The notes under the pieces are model-generated. The model saw only the letters and a list, made by a program, of their open reading frames with translations, did not search any database and had not been told where the DNA came from. Shown here piece by piece: positions 24,496 through 35,282 of a stretch of DNA of 64,000 nt. Position 1 is the first letter of the stretch. Each line of letters opens with the position of its first letter. The position numbers and the translations under genes are program-made. Source of the DNA: Histomonas meleagridis 2922-C6/04-290x. Lineage: Eukaryota > Protista > Parabasalia. The stretch is taken from NCBI GenBank assembly GCA_020184695.1, contig JAANOX010000128.1, positions 243,982-307,981 of the forward strand, given 5' to 3'.

Positions 24496-25145
24496 ATATT
24501 TTGTTCATTCATCTTATTCATAATATAAAAGTGATTCGTATCGGGGCTTTTTGTCGAAAAATTGTGAAAACATTTGAAGGATTTTTGGTTTAATTTTATT
24601 GTTTTCTTCAAATGCTTCAATTCCTTTAAGAAATTCTAAATAGATGTCAATATCATTTATGTTCATACCAAGTTTAATATATATCATTTGGATGATAACA
24701 GTATTAAAACATAATGGATAATTAATATCAAAAATATCAACTATCGAATTAATTGATTGATCAGTGTTTTTTGAGTTTAAGTTGAAAATTATTTGTTTGA
24801 TTGATAAATATGTTTCCCATTCATTCTGATTTTGGCTTTTCATTTTTATGATTTGTCACAAAAAAGTGCTGCAGCAAACGTTCAACAGCATACAAAAAAA
24901 TACTGTTTTAGAAACCGTTTAATGCTAATGCCAACGATAGGGATTTCAAAATGACGATAATGTTTTTTCTGTTGAAACGATCATTCAATTTCAACGACGA
25001 ATTGACGCTAATTTTCATGAAATTTAGATATGTCATATGAAAACAATAAAAAAATGACAACGATAAAAATGTCATATAAAAAAATAATAATAAAAAAATA
25101 TTTCATTTTTTAGTTCAATTCATGTTTATCAAAGCATTTAAATAT

Positions 25146-28100
25146 TTACTTCTTGAACTTCTTCTTCTTCTTTTCAGCCTCTGCATCTGGGTCCAAGCCT
25201 CTTAAATAGTCCACGGCTCTTTGATTCTTCAGTTCCTTACAATAATCGATTAATTCCATTACTATATCAGGCTTAGCCTCCTGTATCAGAAGCTTAATTA
25301 CGTCCATATTATTAAACTTAAGTGCAGTGAATAATCGTTTCCAATAAGATTCTTCAGGTGTCATTTGTAATATTTTTTGTGCTTCTAATATCTTTGCTGA
25401 ATTATTATACAAAACAATTTGTTCGAATATTTCAAGTGGCGTCATCAAATCAAACTCATCTTTCGGTGGTATCGGCTTCGGTGGAGGTTGGTCAGGTGAT
25501 CCATCCTTACTTGCGCCTGTTTCCTCAGTCGTTTGTGGTGGTTCTATTGGCACAAGGTTCGCATCGGGCTTCTCCTCTTCCGGCGGTTTTTCCTCTGGCG
25601 GTTTCGCATCAACCGGCGGTTTCGCATCATCGCCTTCTTTCTTTTCTTCATCGCCTTCCTTCTTCGGCTCCTCAGCGCCTTCCTTCTTCTCCTCCTCAGC
25701 GCCTTCCTTCTTGGGCTCTTCATCGCCTTCCTTCTTAGGCTCTTCTTCACCTTCCTTCTTAGGCTCTTCTTCGCCTTCTTTCTTCTCTTCTTCATCTTCT
25801 TTCTTACCTTTCTTACCTTTCTTCTTCGATTTTTCTTCTTCTTCAGAAGATTCATCTTCATCACTTTCATCCTTTTTACCTTTCTTACCTTTCTTATTAT
25901 TCTTTTTACCTTTCTTAGGCTTTTCTTCCTCCGATGATTCATCATCTTCATCTTCATCACTATCATCTTTCTTACCTTTCTTCCCTTTCTTATTATTCTT
26001 CTTCCCTTTCTTACCTTTCTTAGGTTTTTCATCTTCAGAATAATCATCGTCATCATCATCACTATCATCTTTCTTACCTTTCTTCCCTTTCTTATTATTC
26101 TTCTTCTTCTTATTCTCTTCATTTTCCTTATTCTTTTCATTTCTTTTTTGATCAATTGCTTCTTTAGCTTCTTTCACTTTACCGAATATCTTCGAAAATA
26201 TTGATTCCTTAGGTGGAGGAGGAGGTTCTTCGATACCATTTTTCTTATTTCTTAACCATTTCCTTAAAGGCTCCACTGCTTTATATATACTTAATGCCTG
26301 ATTTACCAATTGGTTCTTATTCTTCTTTAAAGAAGCTCTTAATTCATCTTCACCTTCATTATAAGTCAACAAATATTTAAACATTTCCAAATCTTCCTTA
26401 CCCATTGTCTTTAAGAATTCTATTTTCTCATCACCTTTTAACATCTTCACCCATAAATCACGAGCGATTTGATTCTTATTAAATATTTCTTGCATTTCAG
26501 TGTCCCTTTCTTGTTTCCGTGCTTCTTCAAATGCATATAATATTAATGACATATCATTTGATGAAATAGCAAAAGCTAAAGCTTCATCCCATTTCTCTCT
26601 TTTCAATAACAATGGTACCCCACGAGACTTCGCAGTATTTGTATCTAATAATGTTATAGCTACATCTTCATTCTCAATATCAAATGCAGTTGTAGCTAAA
26701 TCAATTAAATCAGTTGGTTGATCCATTTCTAATAATTTATTTTTGATTTCTTCAGATGGTAAATCAGTTCTAATCAAACAATTCGCCCAATGTGCTGCAA
26801 TGAATTCTGAATCAATACCCATAAAATTAGCAATACGAAATGCTTCGAAATGTAATGAACGATTACATAATCTTTTCAACAATATTGACGGAGTTAAGTT
26901 ATTAAATTGTGCATAAGTTATAGGTATATTATAAGGTGCATGAAATAATTGTTCACAAATACGTAACATCGATAAATGATCTGCATATTTATCGAAATCT
27001 CGTAACTGCATTAACTTATCACTAAGTTCTGTCCCATCATCTTTAGGAACGTCAATAATAGCCATTAATCTGGATATAGCTGTTAGTAATGGTAATCGTT
27101 GATCATATTGCGTGAAGAATAATGCTGCTTCATCGAGTCCATTTAAAGCCTTTTCTAACTCATCCAATGTGAAATCTTTCATTGGCTCTTGTACAGCTAA
27201 ATATTTAACATCTAACATACAATTAAATAACTTAACAGGTAATGACTTCAAGTTCCATAATCCGAATTGTGTAGCAGAGTTATTAAATGCGCGTAATAAA
27301 TACACTCCATCCTTCGCAAAGATACGTGCGCCATCAACTTCTGTAATTGCAGCAACAGGTGATATCATATTCCATTGTAACACTAATTCGGATGTACCAA
27401 TCATAGCTATAGTTCGATTCGCAATCAATAATGCGGTATCATCGCCACACCAAATGACTTGTCGTGGATCAATATCTTGGAAATTAATACGTAATAACAT
27501 CTCTGATAACGTAACATTCATAAAGAAATACCATTCGCCGGAATGAATCAGACAATATTTCCGAGATGGCGAAAAAACAATTTGTTCAATGTTATAACAA
27601 TACCCATCATATTGGAGAGTAAATGACTGGACATTGTCCTGCTGAACTAAGATGATTTGGCTACCGCTCCATCCATACAATACTGGTCCGGTGCCTCTGT
27701 TCGGGTCAGGCGCCACAGCTGTGCACCCTACGATGTTGGGTGTGCCCATGGTCTTGGCGAACAAGCGGATGTTGAGAGTGGCAATGTCATCGCATATGAA
27801 TACTTTCTTCGAATAGGTGCAGAGGAAAAAGCCACTGGACCAGAACGAACAAGAGATGATGGACTCGTATTGGCTTCCCCCAGCATCGCCTTCTTCGCGC
27901 TTGGGATTGAACTCATATTGACCAAGTTGATCACCGCGCAAGTTGAAGGTTTGGAGTTCGGCATTAGCAAAGAGAATAACAACGCACTCCTCGGGAGTGA
28001 TGTAGAGAGCTTTGATGTTCTCTTCGACATCTAATGGAATTCTATTTAACATAATGCCAGTGCTGTCATAGATGGTAATATGCGAATAGCCTTTGTTTTC

Positions 28101-28301
28101 TGGTAAAAGATCATTGCTATGTGCCATAACTATGGCACCGCCATTGGGTGCTATTGCCCACTTATCTCGATGGAAATCTGCATTGTCCTCAAAAAAAGAA
28201 CGGTCGGCATCATCAAACTTGAAGGCTTCCAGTGAAAATGTGGACCCTTCCATTTGTCGTGAGTCTTTGAGTGATTCGGTGAAAACTTGTTTGTATTCCA
28301 T
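25146..28301 (-). CDS. VPS16: HOPS/CORVET subunit Vps16 with a large K/D/E/P-rich insertion
   Basis: N-terminal WAIAPNGGAIVMA, WCGDD, RSLHFEAFRIANFMG, IAAHWA, GVPLLL match Vps16. Confidence 0.8.
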   Translation of the reverse strand: MEYKQVFTESLKDSRQMEGSTFSLEAFKFDDADRSFFEDNADFHRDKWAIAPNGGAIVMAHSNDLLPENKGYSHITIYDSTGIMLNRIPLDVEENIKALYITPEECVVILFANAELQTFNLRGDQLGQYEFNPKREEGDAGGSQYESIISCSFWSSGFFLCTYSKKVFICDDIATLNIRLFAKTMGTPNIVGCTAVAPDPNRGTGPVLYGWSGSQIILVQQDNVQSFTLQYDGYCYNIEQIVFSPSRKYCLIHSGEWYFFMNVTLSEMLLRINFQDIDPRQVIWCGDDTALLIANRTIAMIGTSELVLQWNMISPVAAITEVDGARIFAKDGVYLLRAFNNSATQFGLWNLKSLPVKLFNCMLDVKYLAVQEPMKDFTLDELEKALNGLDEAALFFTQYDQRLPLLTAISRLMAIIDVPKDDGTELSDKLMQLRDFDKYADHLSMLRICEQLFHAPYNIPITYAQFNNLTPSILLKRLCNRSLHFEAFRIANFMGIDSEFIAAHWANCLIRTDLPSEEIKNKLLEMDQPTDLIDLATTAFDIENEDVAITLLDTNTAKSRGVPLLLKREKWDEALAFAISSNDMSLILYAFEEARKQERDTEMQEIFNKNQIARDLWVKMLKGDEKIEFLKTMGKEDLEMFKYLLTYNEGEDELRASLKKNKNQLVNQALSIYKAVEPLRKWLRNKKNGIEEPPPPPKESIFSKIFGKVKEAKEAIDQKRNEKNKENEENKKKKNNKKGKKGKKDDSDDDDDDYSEDEKPKKGKKGKKNNKKGKKGKKDDSDEDEDDESSEEEKPKKGKKNNKKGKKGKKDESDEDESSEEEEKSKKKGKKGKKEDEEEKKEGEEEPKKEGEEEPKKEGDEEPKKEGAEEEKKEGAEEPKKEGDEEKKEGDDAKPPVDAKPPEEKPPEEEKPDANLVPIEPPQTTEETGASKDGSPDQPPPKPIPPKDEFDLMTPLEIFEQIVLYNNSAKILEAQKILQMTPEESYWKRLFTALKFNNMDVIKLLIQEAKPDIVMELIDYCKELKNQRAVDYLRGLDPDAEAEKKKKKFKK

Positions 28302-29019
28302 TCGAGCGCAAATTTGTCACTTTTGACTTCCTCCTTCAAATGAATTCTTTCAATTAGCGATAGAGAACTACTTTTATATGGTTTACGTAGCGGTTTGTGA
28401 AATTTTACGTTTGATGGAATTTGATGTGATATTAAATAAAAAAAAATATATTTATTATCGAAACAAAATTGAAATTTGGTTTAAACTGAATGACGTTTGG
28501 TGTTCTCTTTGACTGTTTTATAATATCAAAAGATTCGATTTCGAATTACATTTGTCAATGATATTTGTGATCAATAAACTGTAATGAAAAAATATAACGC
28601 GACAGTGACTCTGTGTAATTTTTGGATATTGACAATATGAATACTTTAAGATGTACATTTTTTCTAATAGTATCAATTTGGGGTGCCCTGATTTAATTCA
28701 AAAATGATCGGTCATAACCCAAAAATGAAATGCTTCGAATGGAATGAAACTTTTGCTCATTATTTATTTTATTTGGCTATTGAAAATAGAAACATTTTGA
28801 TATTGAGAACATTATTTAAGATGTTTGAAAGTTTTAATTTGGATGTGGGCAACGACCAAATAAATCATAAAAAAGTTTAAAATTCATTGTATCGTTATGT
28901 AAAATTAACAAAATATTTTTTTGAATTCGCACACAAAAATTTTTAAGAAATCGAACTTCTGCCCACTTAAATTTGACTTGTTTCTGTTCAATGTAAATTT
29001 TCATATCATATTTAAGAAC

Positions 29020-30291
29020 ATGTTCGCGTTACTATTTCAATGCATTTTTTCTGGATGCGATGTCTATGTTATGGCACCTCTTGAAATGTTTGAATCAAAT
29101 CAAAATCTTCTTTTTTCAGGCAAATTTGAATATTGGCTTAGTCAACTTCAAAGCGCTAATGTCAAAGGTATTAGAATCGATGTTTGGTGGGGCCTTTGTG
29201 AACAAGAACAAAAGGTATATAAATTTTCAGGATATAAAACTGTTTTTAATATGGCCAAAAATAAAGGTCTTAAGATCATTCCAATTATGTCCTTCCATCG
29301 TTGTGGTGGGAATGCTGGTGACACGTGTAACATACCAATTCCAGAATTTGTATTTCAAGGATCAATGAAACCATATTTTGTTGATCTTTTTGGTAACAAA
29401 AACTCAGAATATATATCATGTGCATATGATAATATTGAAATCAATGGTCGTACTCCACTACAAATGTATCATGATTTTATGACAAAATTCAAGGAAGAAT
29501 TTATTGATTTCATTAATGATGGAACGATTGTTGAGATCGATGTTGGCACAGGTCCATGTGGTGAACTTCGATATCCATCATATCAAATCGATAAATGGGC
29601 ATATTCAGGTTGTGGTGCCTATCAAAGTTATGATCCATTAATGAAATCCAAGTTTAAACAAGCAGCCAATTTAGCGGGCTATACACATTACAACTCACCT
29701 CCAACAGATACAGGCGATTATAATGTTCGACCTGGAGGCTCATCATATTGGAATGATGGCTGGAACAGTGAATATGGCAAATTCTTTAATAAATGGTACT
29801 CCAACCTTCTCATCGAACATGGCGCTAATGTCCTTAAAGATGCGCGTGAAATCTTCGGAAGTAACATTCGTATTTCATGCAAAATATCAGGAGTGCATTG
29901 GCAATACACTACAAGTTGTCACTGCGCAGAACTCACTGCTGGTTATTATAACATTTGGGAATATGACGGATATCAAGTGATGATTAATATGTTTAAGCAA
30001 TATAATATTGAGGTTTGTTTCACGTGTATTGAGATGAATGCGCAAGATTACAGCGCTGGAAGTAACCCGGCGGCACTCGTAGTGCAGGTTTTGAAGGATA
30101 CAAAAAACGCTGGACTACAATTCAGCGGCGAAAACTCAATCGAAAGATACGATTGGAACGCATACAACCAAATCAAGTCGTGGGTGCCGCAGGGGTTGTC
30201 ATCTTTCACGTATTTGAGACTATGCGACGAATTAATGGATAATAACTTTGTCGAGTTTAAGAAATTTGTAAATGCTATGAATAACGCGTAA
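29020..30291 (+). CDS. Beta-amylase (GH14), secreted
   Basis: Signal peptide MFALLFQCIFS; DVWWG, FHRCGGNAGD, GPCGELRYPS, KISGVHW, FTCIEM, GENSIERY. Confidence 0.95.
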   Translation: MFALLFQCIFSGCDVYVMAPLEMFESNQNLLFSGKFEYWLSQLQSANVKGIRIDVWWGLCEQEQKVYKFSGYKTVFNMAKNKGLKIIPIMSFHRCGGNAGDTCNIPIPEFVFQGSMKPYFVDLFGNKNSEYISCAYDNIEINGRTPLQMYHDFMTKFKEEFIDFINDGTIVEIDVGTGPCGELRYPSYQIDKWAYSGCGAYQSYDPLMKSKFKQAANLAGYTHYNSPPTDTGDYNVRPGGSSYWNDGWNSEYGKFFNKWYSNLLIEHGANVLKDAREIFGSNIRISCKISGVHWQYTTSCHCAELTAGYYNIWEYDGYQVMINMFKQYNIEVCFTCIEMNAQDYSAGSNPAALVVQVLKDTKNAGLQFSGENSIERYDWNAYNQIKSWVPQGLSSFTYLRLCDELMDNNFVEFKKFVNAMNNA

Positions 30292-30550
30292 ACAAGGTTT
30301 TATTTTTATTTTTATTAAAAGATATTTATCGATTCTGTAATTTGAAATTAATTTGATGTTAGATGATTCAATTTAATTCTCCTCTCTCTAAATGCTTAGC
30401 TATTTATTTGTTTATAACTGATCTAATTTTACTTTTCATTTAATTAAAAAAATTGGGTTAATACTATTTGATATTTTAACATTAAATTTTTGCTAACTTT
30501 CATCTAATCTTAAGATCGAAAACAATGTTCAAAAGTATAATATGTGCTAT

Positions 30551-31165
30551 ACTTCAATAACAAACTTTTGCTTTCCATTTCATATCATTTAAAAGTCATC
30601 ACATTCACTTCAATAACAAACTTTTGCTTTCCATTTCATATCATTTAAAGTCATAACATTCACTTCAATAACAAAACATTTACTTTCCATTTCATATCAT
30701 TTAAAGTCATAACATTTACTTCAATAACAAACTTTTGCTTTCCATTTCATATCATTTAAAGTCATCACATTCACTTCAATAACAAAACATTTACTTCAAT
30801 AACAAAACATTTGCTTTCCATTTCATATCATTTAAAGTCATCACATTCACTTCAATAACAAAACATTTACTTCAATAACAAAACATTTGCTTTCCATTTC
30901 ATATCATTTAAAGTCATCACATTTACTTCAAAAACAAACTTTTGCCTTCCATTTCATATCCTTTAAAGTCATAACATTCACTTCAATAACAAACTTTTGC
31001 TTGACATTTCATATCCTTTAAAGTCATCACATTTACTTCAATAACAAACTTTTGCTTTCCATTTCATATCATTTAAAGTCATCACATTCACTTCAATAAC
31101 AAAACATTTACTTTCCATTTCATATCATTTAAAGTCATCACATTCACTTCAATAACAAAACATTT
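30551..31165. repeat. Intergenic minisatellite: ten 55-56 bp units plus three 20-bp partial units
   Basis: Unit ACTTCAATAACAAA(C/AC)(T/A)TTT(G/A)CTTTCCATTTCATATCATTTAAAGTCAT(C/A)ACATT(C/T); no unique spacers. Confidence 0.95.
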
Positions 31166-31213
31166 CAATTTCGATTCGAATATTTTTATAATATCATTTC
31201 ATAACATTTCACA

Positions 31214-32731
31214 TCAATTTCCTTCCTGTCCGAATTCCTCTGTCCATCTTTCGTACCTCTCCAAGTCGTCCGGGGACACGCTCGGCCGCACCTTCATCAG
31301 CGCCTGCTTGAAGTCGTCCATTGTCACTAGCGGCGGGTGCAGCAGCATCGGATCGACCTCCCTCCAGCCCATTCTGACTGCGCCGGGCTGGTCGGGGTTG
31401 CACGGCCACATCATTCCCTGGTACTCGCAGAAGTACTGCGCAGACTGCAAGTTGCGCAACGATACGAACGATGCCTCTCGTGTCAAGATTTTTATGTCGG
31501 CACCTGAGAACCCCTCTGTGAGTTGTCCGAGCTCGTGGAAATCGTTTTGTGTCAGTGAATGCGGCGTTTCTGTCATTCGATTGATCAATAGATATTCCCG
31601 AGATGCAATGTCAGGTAATGGAATATAGATTTTCTTCTCAAAGCGACGACGGACTGCGGGATCTAATGACCATGGAGTGTTCGTGGCAGCTAATAAAAGT
31701 ATCCCTTCCATGGATTTACCAACACCATCTAATTGGACTAAAAATTCGGTCTTGATGCGTCGGGAGGCTTCGGAATCATTGTCTGTGCGTTCGGATAAAA
31801 GAGAATCGATTTCATCAATAAATATAATGGACGGCTTTCGCTCACGAGCTGTGTTAAATAAGGCTCGAATAAGCTTCTCGGAGTCGCCAAGGTACTTGGA
31901 AACAAGATCGGAGGTAGAAACTGTGAGAAATGTAGAATTGTCAGATTCGGTGGCAGTGGCTTTGGCTAAAAAGGACTTCCCTGTGCCGGGAGGACCATAT
32001 AAGAGGATGCCGTGCCATGGAGAGCGCTCGCCAGTGAAGAATTGAGGAAGGCGCAATGGCAAAATTACGGCTTCTTCTAGTGCTTGCTTGGCAGATGAAA
32101 GGCCTGCAACATCATCGAACTTAATGTTGGGTTTTTCGATAAGAATGGCACTAGAAATTTTGTCTTTGAATTCATTCGATTCTTTGTCAGCTGCTGTGTT
32201 GACTGGATTAGATGCATTATTGTTTGTAGTATTGTTGGGAATATTAGGAGGAGGATTGGATGGGATATTGTTATTGTTAGAATCAAATGTATTAGGTGTA
32301 GTATTGGGATTTAAAGCATTTGGCGTTGTGTTCGGAGTTGTGGGATTTGTAAAACTTGCCTTAGGATTGAATGTATTTGGAGTCGTGTTAGGATTAATAG
32401 GACCGGAATAACTTGCACTGAGATCAGTTGGTGCTTGTTGTATGCCAGAAGCTCTGAGAACATTTGAACTACTTAAAGTTTCAACTCTTTGCTTACATTT
32501 TAATAGATAGTCATTTAGTGCGACAGATATTGGCTCTACAAATTTTTGTGGTTGTTGTTGAGCTAAATTAAACATACCAATTGCTTGACGATAATGTAAT
32601 AAAGCTTGTGCATAATTTCTTGCATTATCCAATGAAATGGCGCTTGAAAGACATCTGATTCCTCTATCAAAGTATTCTTTTGCAGGGTTTTTATCAAAGT
32701 AACTAGGCTTCATTTTGTTATCGATTGTCAT
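31214..32731 (-). CDS. VPS4: AAA ATPase Vps4 (MIT + AAA)
   Basis: MIT domain (ARNYAQALLHYRQAI), GILLYGPPGTGKSFLAKA, SDLVSKYLGDSEKL, IFIDEID, beta domain PCNPDQPGA, C-terminal WTEEFGQEG. Confidence 0.95.
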   Translation of the reverse strand: MTIDNKMKPSYFDKNPAKEYFDRGIRCLSSAISLDNARNYAQALLHYRQAIGMFNLAQQQPQKFVEPISVALNDYLLKCKQRVETLSSSNVLRASGIQQAPTDLSASYSGPINPNTTPNTFNPKASFTNPTTPNTTPNALNPNTTPNTFDSNNNNIPSNPPPNIPNNTTNNNASNPVNTAADKESNEFKDKISSAILIEKPNIKFDDVAGLSSAKQALEEAVILPLRLPQFFTGERSPWHGILLYGPPGTGKSFLAKATATESDNSTFLTVSTSDLVSKYLGDSEKLIRALFNTARERKPSIIFIDEIDSLLSERTDNDSEASRRIKTEFLVQLDGVGKSMEGILLLAATNTPWSLDPAVRRRFEKKIYIPLPDIASREYLLINRMTETPHSLTQNDFHELGQLTEGFSGADIKILTREASFVSLRNLQSAQYFCEYQGMMWPCNPDQPGAVRMGWREVDPMLLHPPLVTMDDFKQALMKVRPSVSPDDLERYERWTEEFGQEGN

Positions 32732-33262
32732 AACCGCTGAGATTTTGCAGTAAAACTGAAAAGAAAAAAAGTGTCATATGACACTATAAGTGTTTAACAT
32801 ATACAAGATGCCTAATTACTCATCATCATATCCAGTTTTCCCTGCGTTAAAGATAGATGCAAAAGAATGAACATGAAGTTAGAGCGAACACTTATTTTGC
32901 AATTATTTCATCCTTCCTTTGAAACTTTTTGTAAGATAATTCAATGATCGTTTTTATTAACACCATTTTTCAAAAATGTTTATAACTATTAATTTGATTA
33001 AAAATTATAAATTTAATGCTTTACTTAATGGGATACGAGAGTGTGTTAATTCATTATTTGATATACAAAAATTATGAAATCAGATTAATTTTCTTTTGAA
33101 ATAAAATTTAGTCAAACCACAAAATTATAATAGATGATAAGAATTTATAAATAATGCATTAAATTAGCATTCAGAGGGAAATATTTTTCGAGATATTTTT
33201 ATTTTAAACAATTCTACGGTTTTGACATTCAGAAACAATTGTTTTTTTTCATTCTTTTTGTC

Positions 33263-34345
33263 ATGCAAAATTCACAATTTTCTACAGGCAGAGAATGGTT
33301 TGAAAGGCTTTTTGGCATTCGCGAAGATCCTTTACATGCTTATGATAGCTTTGAATGTACTGAAGAAAAAGATACAGCAATCTTACATTCCAAAGCTAAC
33401 AACAAAACTTTTAAAGCTGGAAACTTCCAAGTTCGTAATGTTTCTTCTTTTAACCATCTCCTTTCAAATCCACGTAATGGCGGTAAGTTATTTTTAATCA
33501 AAGGAAATGGATCAATGTCGAAACATTTTGAGCTCATTGATGTCCTCGAAAACCAAGGTCTTCCAGAGAATGATGGTGCGACTTATCTTGCTGCATCTAA
33601 TTTCAATTGCCTTGAATTTGTAGGAGCTGGCCAAAGCGCACAAGATGGAGTTACCAACTATGTATATGATCAAACCCAAGGGCCATATTGTTCTCTTGGT
33701 TCAGGACCAGCCATTGTTTATCGCAACTATTTTGTCAAACATCCCACAGGCGAAATTGGCCAATTCACACGTGAAGTTGAACTATTATCAAAGACACCGA
33801 TTACTGTTGTCCATGGTTACCCCAAGATTTACGAAACCAAATCATTAGAAAAAATAGATTTCGATTGGACAAATCCAGACAATTATCCTGTTGGAGTCCA
33901 TAGAAATTGTCAATTGACTATGTCACGTAATCGGGATGGCTTTTATTTCATTGATGAGAAAGAAGATCGTATTGTTCATCACATTTTTGCAGCAGCGTTT
34001 AACTTCGCTGGAACTGTCGTATACAACAAGTTCACCCAAATGGTCTCCAAAAATATGCTTGCAGCTGAGTATCGCGGCGCAATTCTTGGTGCATGGGAAA
34101 ATTCTTTGATGTTTCCCAATCGTAAAGGTTCAAATAAGTTATACCTGACATTGCTTGGCGGAGGAGTCTTTAACAACCCGCACGAAATAATTTATGGCGC
34201 AATTAAGGAAAATATCGATTTGATAATTATGTCCGGTTTGGATGTTTACGTGGTTTGCTTTAGCCCAAGAGACTTCAGTGAGGTGAATGGAGTTCTTGGA
34301 GAATACGTGGAAAAAACTGGTGGAAAAATAATTGAAACGAATTAA
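33263..34345 (+). CDS. Uncharacterised conserved protein, possibly macrodomain/PARG-like fold
   Basis: WFERLFG, AASNFNCLE, DGVTNYVYDQTQGP, IVYRNYF, LTLLGGGVFNN; ATG 33263 follows a TCATT Inr. Confidence 0.7.
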   Translation: MQNSQFSTGREWFERLFGIREDPLHAYDSFECTEEKDTAILHSKANNKTFKAGNFQVRNVSSFNHLLSNPRNGGKLFLIKGNGSMSKHFELIDVLENQGLPENDGATYLAASNFNCLEFVGAGQSAQDGVTNYVYDQTQGPYCSLGSGPAIVYRNYFVKHPTGEIGQFTREVELLSKTPITVVHGYPKIYETKSLEKIDFDWTNPDNYPVGVHRNCQLTMSRNRDGFYFIDEKEDRIVHHIFAAAFNFAGTVVYNKFTQMVSKNMLAAEYRGAILGAWENSLMFPNRKGSNKLYLTLLGGGVFNNPHEIIYGAIKENIDLIIMSGLDVYVVCFSPRDFSEVNGVLGEYVEKTGGKIIETN

Positions 34346-34904
34346 TTAGTAAAAGATATTTAAAACCAATAAATATTGTGTCTTTTGTATGAGCATATGA
34401 TGAAATAAAGCAAGTTCGCTAAGAACTGTGGCGCCTTTTATGTTCTATAATTCTAACCATGAAAGTGGCTGTAAGAGATAGGACAGCCGTAATAGCAAGA
34501 ATTAAAACAGACATAAAAATACTACAGTTAATAAACGAGTTTAGAACACTTAAGGTAAATATATCAATCATTGAATTGAGAAGGTTCATGAACCTGTTGC
34601 AACAGATGAAACTATGTGAGCTTGTTCTGAACTTTCTTCTTCCTCAAGCTTTTGAAGGTCTTTTTGGGTATATGGTTCTTCATGAGGATTAATTGGACTA
34701 TGAGGCAGAACATCTCCTATTGAGGGTTTCCGATCTTTCTAATGAGAAGTATAGATATTGGCGGATCAAGAATATCTTGTATTTGTTCAAAGTTTTATCA
34801 ATATAATTTATATAAAATTTTTTTTATTTAATGTTCTACGAATTAATTCGGGAAAAGGGTGGAGGTGATATGAAACGCTTGAGCAGCTATGATGTTCATA
34901 CTTC

Positions 34905-35282
34905 TTATCTGCGTTTATCTTGATTTCTAATGAAATTATCAACTTGACGAGTAAAATCTTGCTCTAATATTTTAAATTGGTTTTGAAGATTTCTTATTGT
35001 TCCTTCAACAAGTTCATCAGGTCCTTGAATTGCATCTGAAACGTTCACTCTCATTATAATTAAATCACTCATCGGGTGAACAATCCTGTACCCAGCAAAC
35101 AATACGCGTGGTTCTTTAAGAAGTTCTTGTGTGAGTAAATTTCCAATTGTATGGTCTTCTTTTAAAATCGTGAAAGTGTAACAGTTACTAATACCAGGAT
35201 CCTTTTCTGTTTTAACACGCAAAATGTTTGGGTCGTGTGATGAATTGTTATAACCAGGGGGAAACATCATAAGATTAGTCAT
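34905..35282 (-). CDS. RPB11: RNA polymerase II subunit RPB11 (RpoL family)
   Basis: KEDHTIGNLL...PRVLFAGYRIVHP; TCACT Inr just upstream. Confidence 0.85.
   Translation of the reverse strand: MTNLMMFPPGYNNSSHDPNILRVKTEKDPGISNCYTFTILKEDHTIGNLLTQELLKEPRVLFAGYRIVHPMSDLIIMRVNVSDAIQGPDELVEGTIRNLQNQFKILEQDFTRQVDNFIRNQDKRR

Larger units (their letters stand above)
21521..24843 (-). pseudogene. DUF3447/ankyrin-repeat gene, locus B; split by a mariner and frameshifts; three 80-nt spacers
   Basis: Fragments 24514-24843, 22396-22971, 22136-22324 are homologous to loci A and C; homopolymer frameshifts near 22975 and 22398; ankyrin cassettes between spacers are intact. Confidence 0.75.

Noticed and set aside
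25358-26155. Overlapping ORFs on alternate frames and strands within Vps16, and similar shadows elsewhere
   Set aside because: By-products of low-complexity or GC-rich coding sequence
30551-31165. CRISPR array or C/D snoRNA cluster
   Set aside because: No unique spacers between units, eukaryotic context and no cas genes; box C-like motif present but no CTGA box D
34400-34860. Short ORF 34459-34692 and protein-like reading on both strands
   Set aside because: Several frames read through stops with no recognisable domain; gene or strand cannot be assigned
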